Assembly: GCA_040954595.2 (NCBI GenBank)
Contig: CM082586.2
Coordinates: forward strand, 6,310,509 to 6,374,508
Direction of reading: 5' to 3'
From: Balanoglossus misakiensis
Lineage: Eukaryota; Animalia; Hemichordata
DNA length: 64,000 nucleotides
Part shown: positions 26,701-39,600 of the stretch, one piece after another
How the letters are laid out: the number at the start of each line of letters is the position of its first letter
Position numbering within the stretch: position 1 is the stretch's first letter
Translations under genes and position numbers: made by a program
Notes under the pieces: generated by a model
Databases searched by the model: none
Seen by the model: only the letters and a program-made list of their open reading frames with translations
What the model was told of the DNA's origin: nothing

Positions 26701-29700
26701 AGGTTTTGTTATTTTCTGCTTCAGAGATAGCACCTTAATTCATGTTTCATACAAATTTGTCCATATGAAAAGTCTGGGTAACAGAGAAAAACAAACATAA
26801 ACACACAGGAATAAATAAATAGATAATGAATAAAAAAAAGAAGGTTTCAGTAGTTCACCTTTTACAGATTCAGGAGAGTAAAGAAAACCTCAGTACAATC
26901 GTTTTATCTCCAAGAACGATAGAATGCACTGTCAATTACACTGTCTGATGAATAGATTGAAGAAATCAGTACATTATTTTGACTTTTCAAGTTTACGTTG
27001 TTCTCCAGGAGTCTAATGCTGGTGGTGGGAGTGGAGGTGGACTTTGGATTCGAACGGAAACCTTCACTGGCACTGGCACCATTGCCAGTAATGGCGGTAA
27101 TGGAAGAGGATATGGAGGAGGAGGTTCTGGAGGCAGGATCAATGTTTATTATGAGACTGGGGATTACCACAGTGGGAAAGTGACTTCTAAAGGTATGTGT
27201 AAAATAAAACAGGATCGATTGTTAAAGGTGGGGAGAATATGATTTGAGAGTATGCTCAGTGTGTTTTTAATTTTATATTTTACTTTAAAAATGCTGACTT
27301 ATTCAGTTTCTATCATATTGGTTTTTCTCTACTGTGGTTTAATTGGGACTCAACATGCCAAACTGGCTTGACAAATAGACTGACATTTCTGACAAAACGG
27401 CTGCCCTATGTGTGTTTTGTATAACAAATATCATTTCTAAACAGCGCAAAAGTATGCGATGTTGTTATGGTAGTATCTTCATTGGAAATGCGATGAGACT
27501 AAGTAAATGTATAAAACCTCCTGATTTTTGTGTAATCAGTTTACATATTTTTGTTCTATGCAGGTGGCAGTGCTGAAAATGCAAATGCTGAACCAGGTGG
27601 TCCAGGTGTCACCTACTTGAGTGGAACCAATCCCTTCCATAGAAATTTAAGAGTCGACAACAAATGTCAACAAGCAAAGGTAGAGAGGGGGTGGACAGAC
27701 AGATAGACATATGAGGGGTGAAAAATAAAAAAAGATACAAGCTGTATCTACAAATTATATGTTGATATTTATTATAAATTGCATCTGTTCATTTCTTCAT
27801 TCTTATCCAAATGATTTTTTTTTTCAAATTTCTGTTAAAAGGTTACAAGGCCAACAGGAGATAGAGCAACAGAGGATCATTACTATGAGTATATATCCAC
27901 AGGTATGACTACATGCAAGAATGATCTAGTCTGATCTAAAGTGTGATGCACTGTAAATAAGGAGTTTGACCAAATTTCTCACTTTGAGAAAAACCCTTTT
28001 CAAAATGTTGAGACACTTACGCATATGAGCACACATCTTGGTTTATTTCTAACGTTGAAAAGAAAAATTCTGATGGCGTACATAAATTGAAAACTTCATT
28101 TGTGTGTGAAAATTGCCTGAAGTTTATCATGATGTGACCATTTGCTGGTATTTGGAAGCCTTCCATGAAGCTTAAAGGTATACGGTCACCTATGCAAATT
28201 TAGCCACAGTTACCATGGTAAATTGAGATCTAGCCAATCACTGATTTTCAATGGGAGGCACACGCGAAAAAAAGAGCGCCACCATATATTTAGAACACTC
28301 AAATACGCCATTTCAGCCAAATTTGGGCGTATGTAAATTGGAGGTGACTGTATACCTTTAAATCTCTGACATGTAGTCTCTTTTCAAACATCTTCATCTG
28401 TACAGAATTGTATGAAGTCTCTGTGTTCTTCTTCACGTAGGTGCCATCGCATATCTCTTGCCTCCTGACGACGACTTCACATACGAGTTCACCCACATTG
28501 AAATCTATGGCGGTGCTGAATTGGCGTTTTCTCGGAACCGTACCATCGTCAAAACAGAATACATGCATGGCGATGATACAGGTTATGTCAGTGTTGGACC
28601 TCAACATTATCTGGAGCTTACAGGGGTAAGTTGTGGACTATATAATTTACAGAACATTTAACCCTTTCACCATCATGGTTTGGTCCAAATCCATTATTTT
28701 CTATGGTAGAGGTGGATTTCTATAGAGAGAAACAGGGGTGAAGGGGTTACGCCTTTAAGGGTTTTGTAATTGCTTGATCATGAAGAAAGTCTTTGTGCGT
28801 TGATTCCACACTGTTTTAGAGTTGCTACAAGTTATTATACATGTTGTACAATGATCACCGTATTAAAGTTTACCATAATTTGATACATTGACAGATCTCA
28901 CCATACAAACGAGCCAATATCACATTCGCTCCGTACATCTACGAGAACGCAACCTTCAAGTTGCCGACTGCCACGACCGAATTCCGTCAGTCCTTCGACT
29001 GGAATGAAGTGTCCGGTGTCAGTGCTTGCCCAGCCACTATGTTGGTCAGTTCTCACACGAAGATTTGGGGAACTCTGGATGGATCTAATGCGCATCTCCT
29101 AGTGGGTACAGGTAAGCATGGCAATTTAGAGTTTGGCTTCGTTTCTGAAAATCACCCTGATTTATAGCATGGCATAATCCATAGTAGGCTTTAAAACGTG
29201 AAGCAAAAACTCCTTTCACTCTGTTTGGTATGGCAATTAAAAGTTCATTGTTTTCATAGTAAAAGTTGAAATAAGTGTTACCATTGTTAGATTAATTATC
29301 ACAATATAATTTGTCACATAACTGAGAAGTACATGTACATGTAACTATCACAGCTTCACAACTTGTTTCCATATTTCTTCAGAGTTTCAAAGTAACTAGT
29401 AAAAGTTTCAGTAAAACTATTTTACTTTGCCTACTTGGAATCTCCTCCAGTTCTCTTAAGGGTTGCTAGAAAGTACAACTTTGATATTGTTGAGAACCAA
29501 TAAATATTGTTCGTCATCTTCATCGTGTACCGCAGGTGGCACGGTTACCATGCAGTTGCCGGCAACACGTAATCTGGAGTTTGTGGGAATTACGATCCAA
29601 GATGGTGGACTTTTCGACTTGAAGAGTCTTGATGGTAATAATGGCGACCAGTGGTTTGTTAAGGTAAGGCTGCCTATCCTCCTGGAAAGTCCTAAACACT

Positions 29701-32700
29701 TCTGAAAAATCCTCTTACATTCTGGAAAAAATGAGATTTGCTCCTGCTGACAATGATGTTGTGCATTGTTAGTTGCCATGAGAGATTTTGATAAATCGCA
29801 TTTTTTAATCTTAATTACTGCAAATCTCATTAGGATATTTAATAATCAAAGTCTTTCATTTAGAGCAGGCGAAGGGGTGATTTTTCCTCTGTTGACTCTT
29901 GTTAACATGAGTGTTATGATCTCTTTCTTCCATTAACTTCATAGGTTGTACCTGGGACAGGTGAAGGAAGAAGATATGGTAGAGTGACCATAGAAGGTGG
30001 TGGCCAATTTGTAGCCTCTAATCTTGAGCTGGATGCCCATTCTTTGGTCGTTGATTCCATGGGATTACTGTCTGTGAACAGCGGTGGTTTGCTGACTGGA
30101 CCGGGAACACCTGATGCTCTGGTCGCTGGAGGTGGTGGATATGGTGGTCGAGGTGGAAAGGGTTCATCAACAGGTAAATATTGCTCTCTCTTGTGGGATA
30201 TTGGCTGATGTCTGAGTGTCCATCTGCTTGTCCGTGTTCATATACATGTATGTGTGTGCGCATTGTATGTACAATGTATGTACCTACCATACACAGAAAC
30301 TCTGAATCACTACATTTTAAATATCAAATTTATTCATTATAACTGGATGTGTAGCTTATTGCCATGATTGAAGATGGGATTTTGGGCAAGGAATGTTCAA
30401 AATTCTGGAAGCACTTGTCACATTATTGTCTGGTACTATGGAACAATTTTTGTTTAACTTAATATTTCTCATTCTCAAGTTATAAAACTAAATGAATACT
30501 TTGCCTGATTTAGACTCAACAACTGGGCTTGAGTATGGCCTACGGATGGAGCCAGTGGACTTCGGAAGTGGTGGTTCTGGGAAGACATCTGGCACAAATG
30601 GAGGCCTCAGTAAGGAGAGCTTATAACTATAGTTATTCACAGCAATGGGAGTTGTAAAGTGTGTGATCAGAAAGGTGGATGTCTTATTTTGATATTGTTA
30701 GTAAATAATTACGAAATTGTCATGTTAGTAAATAATTATAAAATTGTTGTTATTTCAAAAGAAATCAATGTTAAAAAGAGTCATGTTGTAATATAGATCT
30801 CCTGGCTTCTGTCTTATTTTGACATTTTATTATTCAGAGTGACCAACATTATACATCGCTGCATGTCCCAGTTTCATACGCTATACTCAGAAGTTGAATT
30901 CTGTTCCTGGCTTCTGTCTTATTTTGACATTTTAGTACATTGTATTCAGAGTGGCAAACGTCATGCATTGCTGCATGTCCCAGTTTCATACGCTATACTC
31001 TTCTGTTCTACAGGTGGTGGAATCTTGCGACTGATTGTGCAGACAGATCTGTCTGTTGAGGGCACCATCAGTGCAGATGGAGCTGTAGGGGCCACAAACA
31101 CAGGAGGTGGATCTGGTGGCTCAGTGTGGGTTACCGCGGACTCGTTAGAAGGTTTTGGAACCATTCGGGTATGGAAACTTTCATACTTGTATCAGACTAT
31201 TCATTGTTCAGAATATTCAGTGGCGTTTTATAATGTTTTGCTTTTAGAGTATCTGTATTCCAATGATGATGTAGGATCCTTTAAACGTCCAAGATAAAAT
31301 ATTTTTTTTTAAACTGTCAAAGAATGGTCTTCGAAAAAAGTTTGGTACAACATTTGATTTGTTGAATATCATCTTTTAATTTCCTCTCATCACCAACATT
31401 AGCCACTACACAGATAGTTAAGATATCTTGATCAGAGGTAACATTATCGTTATATTTCAACAGCAGTAAGACTGCAGTACAACATACAAATGCCCAGTAA
31501 TTTTAACTCCAGTGTTAAATATGTATCCCCCAACAGGCAAATGGTGGTAATGGTGGTACCAGTGGCGGTGGTGGTGGCGGTGGTCGTATTGCCCTCTACT
31601 GGGCCACCACTAAGCACTGGTATGGACAACTTCAAACATTTGGTGGGAGTGGCAGCTATGCTAGTGGAGGGGCAGGCACAGTTTACACTGAGGTGAGAGA
31701 TTCAGGAAAAGTCTGGTATAATTTTATGATGCTTGTTGAGAATTTCATTTTAGGTTAATTATACTCAGGTGGTAATTATTCACAGTATTCAAAAATAGTA
31801 TGAAATATGCTTCAGTTTTTCGTTACTAACAGAGGTAGATTTTTGTGGATTACTGGGGTCCAAATCAGAGTTTATTATTTTTACCAGTATCGGCCAAAAT
31901 AGCAAGCACTTTGCAATGTAGCTATCATCAGTTACAGTCCCAGTAAAGTGAGTTCAAACTTCTTACCCCGAACACAGTGTATTGTTTTGTTGTCGTTGCT
32001 TGGTGCTTATTATTGTCGTGGTTTCTTTTCCCACACAACCACTTGCAGAGCTCTGAGGAACACATCACCAATCGATCATTAACCATCCACAACAACGGGC
32101 AGTCACCACCAACTCCATTCATCGATGATTACCGTCAGTACGAGGAAGACTCCAGTCGGACTTGGCTGCTGGAATACCATGAGCGACATGACTACGAGGA
32201 AGTCCGAATCATCCGGAATGGACACCTGGCCTTACATCCCAACTTTACCAGGTTTGTGTGCAGATATTTGATATTAATTGAGTCGGGATTCCAGGATTTC
32301 TGGATTTCATGCGTTGAACTTGAAGTATTACCTTTTCCGTCTTCAGACAGGACTTTCACTCCTTTGTCAAGACACTTTGAATTTAGGCATTTCACTCTTC
32401 GGATGGGACAATTATTTTTGGCCTTTGCTTTAGTTCTCTATAAATCAAATGTGCATAAGTAAATCATTTTGTTATCACAAACAGCAAAGTTTAACATCAC
32501 TCTGATTTCCTGCATGTATTCAAAACTTAATGTACTATTTTTGGATTACAAGGTAACATTTTAAGCTTTGTTGTCAGTTTAATTATCAGATAGGGTGATT
32601 GTCTGTTTGATTAATTAATTCCAGACCGTTTGGGCTCCACGCCTTTGAGTTCATTGGGGACCGCACAGGCTGGCTTCACATTGGACCTAACCAGTATGCA

Positions 32701-35700
32701 GTTGGCCAGTTTGAAAGTCACGAGACATTTGAAATCAACATCCATGTGCATGAAGGTGGAGAGTTTGTTTTACCACCAGAATGTACCTGCAGAGGAGTGG
32801 ATATTATCGTAGAGTAAGTATAGTTGATCTGACATTTTATTCATAAGAAGAGATTTCGTGCATTAGTGTTAGCATTTATTTTATAAATATGTTTCCCTCA
32901 TTAAGTCTCTGAGCTACAATGAAAAAAACTATCCCTACTAATTGTCTCCAAGATATGTTCAATACTGCAGTGGTGCTTACAATTTCATCCCCATATTGGT
33001 ACAGACCCATTGTTTTCAGTAGCATGGTTGGATCCATTTGTGGTGAAATGGGGATGTAAGGGTTGTACTTTATCCTATTATGGTATGTACATGCACAAGT
33101 GCTAAAAATACATCTATACCGGATCGAAATCACACTTATGTGCTGTGTTGTTTCTTCATTCTCTCATACAGAGGTATCCTGAGTGTCCACAATCTCACGG
33201 TTGGCGATGGATGCCGACTGCTTCTCAGCCCAACCGGTCGCTCTCACCTGATCGATGATGACGCCGATACCGACGTTGAAATTGGCAATTACCGATTTGA
33301 CAAACTGGAAGTTGAAAATAACGGAGAAGTGACCTCCATGGACGGATTGGATGATGAGAACAGAAAGATCAAATTTACGGTAAATATTGCTTTTATATTT
33401 CCAGATTGATGGGCATTGGTAAATGAAAAGGATATTATTTCCGGCTTAATCATTTTTTGTATAAAAACAGACAGTTAACATGAACCCTTAGGTTGGTGCA
33501 TATCCTTCCAGTAGAGTTAACTTTGTTGGATCCACCATGTATATTGTGTATGAATAAAACATAATTGTCTTGTACAGTAGTTTTATTCTAATAATTAAAA
33601 ATGTTTTTCAGAAAATATTAACATACTACAGTAACAATTTTTGGTCTTCTTTTCAGACATTACTTTGTACATTTTCTCAGCACAATATATGTCGTACATG
33701 TTAGTCCTTTGTTAGCAATAATCCTTTTTTTTCTGTCCCCTCTAGGTTGGTTATTTTCACATCAAAGGTGGTGGCCATGTACACTCTGTGAATCTGGATG
33801 TAAATGCCAACACCTTGGTTGTTGATGACCTGGGTCGTTTGGTGGCTGACTACCACACCATTCCATGTAACGTCTCGGACGGTGCCGGAAAAGATGGAAC
33901 CAGCGATTATGGCAGTTCTGGTAGGTTCTTCGTGAAAGGGTTCCGGTCTGTGATAGCCGCGAATGTAACTGTATTTTCTTTCTCAATCAGATGTAATGTT
34001 CTGTATTTTGCCAAATCTTTCCCAGCCTCTGTTTTAGGGTGTTTTTTTCCTTTGTCTTGTCTTTTTTTCCAGAAATGCTCAAAAAAAAATATTTAAAAAA
34101 TAATGCTCAAAAAAAAAAATGTCTGTGATAGCCAGAAAAAAGTAATCTATGGTTTGCATGAGTGTAAAAATAATTTTAATGGTTATTAATTTGACAGAAA
34201 GTTCATCATATTCTGGCATCTTTGTCGAAATAAATTTTATCATCCAGAATTATGTTCTAACAGTACAGTGGCTTTCTTTGACAATCACAGGTGCTGGTCA
34301 TGGAGGCAGCAGTGGTCGAGGCTCACGTCAGCGTCTGACCGGTGCCCCCTTTGGTCACTTATTCGAGCCGGATCATTTCGGCTGCAAAGGCGGGGGCTCC
34401 AGTGGTGGAAGAGGTGGCGGTAAGATGACCATCAACACGGATACCCTGAAAATCGACGGCGAAGTCAGTGCCAGCGGAGAGGCTGGCTTGAGTAAAGCTG
34501 GTGGTGGTGGTAGTGGAGGGTCTATACGCATTAACACCAGACTGATACAGGTGAGATGGTTGTAAAATTCATCAAATATCCAATAAACCGTTCCTTTCCT
34601 CAGATTAACAGTCTGAGTTGATTTTGAGCTCAGTTTGCCATTCACTTAACCCTTTCACCCCCAGTTCCCTCTTTAGAAGTCCAACTTACTTTACCATAAC
34701 TGATTTGGACTGAACCATGGTGGTGAATGGGTTAAAGATATTGTCACTACATAACATTTGTATGCAAATACAGCCACAGTTACATTGGAAAGTCGAGACC
34801 TGGCCAATCACAGATTTTCAAAGGGTGGCCACTGGAAAAAAAAGTGTACCACCAAATGGTCATTTAATGACTTAATAATTTTTCATTTAATGACTTAATA
34901 ATTTTACATGGGCAGAAATGCCCTTTTAACCATATATGTATGTGAGCATATGTAAAGTAAGAGTGACTGTGTACCTTTGTGTATTTTACCAGTGCTCCAT
35001 TTTTTTCATCTCTCTCAGGGATATGGTGAAGTTGAGGTCAATGGTGGAGATGGTCATCTCTACAGTAGCTATCATGGTGGTGGTGGAGCGGCTGGAAGAA
35101 TAGCCATGTACTTCTCCCTTAACAGAACATTTTCTGGATCCTTTAGTGCACACGGTGGACTGGCTGCTGGTATAAATGCTGGAGACGGTGGTCCTGGAAC
35201 TGTGATTTTTTATCACAACGGTAAAGCCAAATTAGTTCCGTTCTACTGTTTTAACCCCTTCAAGACAATGCTTTGGTCCAGATCCAGTGAGATCTTTGTT
35301 GAAGTTGGACATCTTTACAGGAAAATGGGGGTGAGAGGGTTAAGGGGACACTCTGTCAGTCAATCTTAGATATAATTTTATACAATGTATATAGAAATGT
35401 TGCAATACAACTCCTAAAACGTCTCTTTTACATTTGACATACAGTATGTCATATAGGACCAATTATTTGTGAATTTTGTAAGTGTAAGAAAATATGAGAA
35501 AGTCATATGTCCTTGTTATATTGAGCATGTAACATTATAATGTGCTTGTGAATGATTTGTATTGTTTAATGATTATATTTAATATTCTTTCAGATTTTAA
35601 CCACCTGACATTGATGGTAAACAACAATGGCAGAGGACCCAAAGAAGATGAGAACATGATTGAAAATTACCATGACTTGACAGAAGACGAAAGCAGAGCA

Positions 35701-36653
35701 TGGATCTTACCATCATCTGCAGATCATGAATTTTCTGGTACTTGTAGATTTTGTTATTGTTAGCATTGAATGCTCATTTTCTAAAGTTAAACGCCTGCAA
35801 CTTTTCACTATGTAGGTTTTTTGTACATTGTATCTTATGCAGTTTCTTGTTCAAATCTTTGAAATAAAGCTTGATATTGGATGATTTCATACCCCACAGG
35901 CGACGACAATTACCATTTTGATGAGATGCAAATTTATGGAAAAGCCCATCTGGCAGCGTTAACTGATCCACCTGATCAAGAAGCGTCGTTCTACTTCCGA
36001 AACATGATCGGAGACCGAACTGGAACAATCCACGTTGGTCGCAACCAGACGATGGACCTACTGCGCGATGAGATCGACCTCCCGTTCAACGTGTGGGTCT
36101 ACGAAGAAGGATTTCTGGGAATGGCCAACGATACCTTCGTCCACGGAGTGACGATCTTCCTCGATGGCACGTTGGCTAACGTCGAGAATCTCACCATGCA
36201 CCACGGAGGCAGATTCTGGCTGAACAAGGACGGACGAACGTTAGGCAACCAGGCGGGCGAGTACAACTTCGACGTGGTCCACGTGCAAGATCAGGGATAC
36301 ATTCACATGATAGCCGACCCGGTCAACGATCCCGGCATCTCGTTCACGACCCGGCTGTTCTGGATCGACGGCAGCGGACTCGTCGAGGGAACCCACCTGC
36401 TGATCCGGTCAGAGAATATCACTGTCGATGCCGGAGGCTGTCTCAGTGCGGATGGTCTCGGCTATTCCGTCGACAATGGCACCAGTACTGAACCAGATGG
36501 CACTCCACGGACTGGTCTGCATGGTATCATCAATGAAGGGTTAGGATTTACTTATGGTAGTTACGGCTCAGGTGCAGGGCATGGTGGTACTGGTGGTCAG
36601 AGCAAATGTAAGTTATATTGTTGTATTTATTTATTAGTCAATCAATCAATCAG

Positions 36654-36689
<36 letters not shown>

Positions 36690-39600
36690 GCATTGATAAA
36701 GATTTCTCTATCAATCAATCAGTCAATCAAGTCAATCAATCAAGCATTGATAAAGATTTCTCTATCAATATTGAAAGAGCACTTTTTTTAGTTTACTTCT
36801 CCATTCTCTGAGCCATTAGTTGCTTGGTCAAGTTTTTGACATAAAACTAGTTATCAGATATAAAGGAATCATTCTGTTTCAATTGTCTGTGTAGATGTAC
36901 AGAAGACAGGACAAGCCTATGGCCATCTGTATGAGCCCGAACATTTTGGCAGTGCTGGCGGCGGTCCGAAAGGTGGCTCTGGTGGCGGTCGCATCTGGTT
37001 CAATGTCACCAACACCATACAGATTGATGGCACGGTGTCGGCCAACGGCGCAGCTGGCGAGGACCACTCTGGCGGGGGTAGCGGTGGCAGTATCTGGATG
37101 CATTGCCAGCACATCACCGGCTACGGGTTGATATCGACGAACGGTGGCGGTGGCGCTGGTTACGGCGGTGGCGGAGCAGCGGGTAGGACGTCGTTGCACT
37201 TCTACGAAAATTCCACGTTTGTGGAGTTCACCTACGAATCCCACGGCGGCACTCCTGGCCGGGAAGACTGCGACGAATGCATAGGCGGTGGCCCGGGCAC
37301 GATATTCTTGTATCACATGGTTCACAACCACCGAACTCTGATGCTGGAGAACGCCGGTTTGGCGCCCAAGACCAAAGCCATTGATTGGAGCGCTTTGGAC
37401 GAGGACGGTTGTCGCGGTTGGATCCTGGCCAGTTCTGGGTCACATGTCTTTGCCAATCAAAATCATGAGTACTACTTTGAGGAACTGCAGATATATGATG
37501 GAGCACATCTTGCTATACTCAATCCGAACGATACGTTTGATTCATCTCTGCCTTCCGTAGGAGAGACTGACATATTTACACCTCGCCTTCCTAACCTGGT
37601 GACTATCCACTTCAGACACATGATCGGTGATCGTAAAGGAACCGTACACGTCAACGACAGACAGGAGATGGATCTGGAACGAGAGAAGATCGACTTGCCG
37701 TTCAATGTACATGTATACTTCGATGGTCATTTGGGAATGGCGCCAGTCACTGTTGTTCACGGTGTTTACATACACATGGCTGGCATGCTGTCGCACGTCA
37801 TCAACATGACGCTGCATCACGGCGGTTTCTTCTGGTGTCAGCACGGTGGGCGTACAACGGGCGAACCGTACAGCCACTACAGCTTTGATTTTGTGCGGAT
37901 CCAAGACGAAGGTTACCTGAATGCGACCACGGACCCGATTGTTGACCCCGGGATCACGTTCATAGTCCGTGGCTTTTTCGTCGAAGGAGGAGGGATAATA
38001 CACGGCACTCGAATGACAATCCTGGCTGAAAACGTCACCGTAGATGCCGGTGGTCAGTTGGCAGCCGATGGACTTGGTTACAATGCCTACCATCACAATG
38101 ACACCCATGGTGAAGACTCGCTTCATGGAGATGTGAACATCGGGCAGCCGAACTCTGATCTGGGCGTCGGCTGTGGTGGAGGTCATGGTGGCAGTGGTGG
38201 GCGTGGTTCGCACTCAGACGGCCGCGGCGGTGGCTTTGCCTACGGTGACCTCTATGAGCCCTACGTCTTCGGCAGTGCTGGAGGATTCAGCCATGATGGC
38301 AAGCCTGGAGGCTCTGGAGGGGGCATCATCTGGATGAACGTCACGGATACGATCCACGTCGATGGCGAGGTGACCGCAAGCGGTGGCTACGCCGACCAAA
38401 ATGGTGGCGGGGGAGGCAGTGGTGGAAGCGTGTGGATCTATACAGTCACCATAAAAGGTTACGGCAGAATCGCAGCGGATGGAGGTGAAGGTTCCACGAA
38501 CCCTCAGTACGCCGGTGGGGGAGGTGCAGGAGGAAGAATAGCCATCTATTTCATCACTAATGAAACCTCGACCGGTTTCGACTACCACACCAGGGGTGGA
38601 GTAGCAGGAGACGGCACGGCCGAACATGGAGGCGGTGGCACAGCTTTTGTCTACCACATGGTTTACACTCACCGCACTCTGATCATAGATAACGGAGGCC
38701 TGGAACCGAGGGACGAGCACCACATCATAGATGACTACTCAGACCTTACGGAAGACGGATGCCGTACGTGGATCCTGCCACAGTCGGGGCAGCACTTCTT
38801 TGCAGGCGGCACGCACGATTACGTCTTTGAAGAGATTCAGATGTACGGTTCAGCTCACATGGCCATGCTGACTCATCCGGTGTTCGCGCCGGGTTCCATG
38901 TTTTTCTTGTACATGATCGGCGATCGAACTGCCACGATGCACGTCGGGTATAACCAGACCATGGACTTGGAGACGGAAAACCGCCATGAGATCGACCTCC
39001 CCTTTTCTGTCAGGGTGTACCATGGTGGGTACCTCGGACTAGCCCCAGAGACTTATGTTCACAACGTCAGCATATGGTTGAGTGGTGTCTTGGCCCATGT
39101 GGACTTCATCACTCTACATCATAGCGGTTTCCTAGCATTGGAGGACGGAGGACAGACTGTCTTTGCCGAGCCGAATCAGTTTGAGTTTGACCGTGTGCTG
39201 ATCCAGGACACTGCCACGATAACAGCTCTCCAGAATCCAGTTGAAAATCCGGGCATGAACATGACAACACGGACCATCACAATCGAAGGAGGTGGTATAT
39301 TCCACGTGACTCACATGATCTTTGTCACTGAGAATATCACGATAGATGACGGTGGTCTGCTCACTGCTAACGGCACGGGTTATAGATCTGTGGATGCAAT
39401 GGATCCCCTGGGAGCAAATCCAGGGAAGGGCTACTCGAGCGCTGGTGGGTCTTCCGGCGGCGGTCACGGTGGCACCAGTGGCCACGGCGCTGGGATTCCG
39501 GAAACCGGACAGCCGTATGGAAATCTCTATGAACCGTTTGTCTTGGGCAGCTCTGGTGGTGGAGACTCGGGGGGCGCTGGAGGTGGACTCATATGGATCA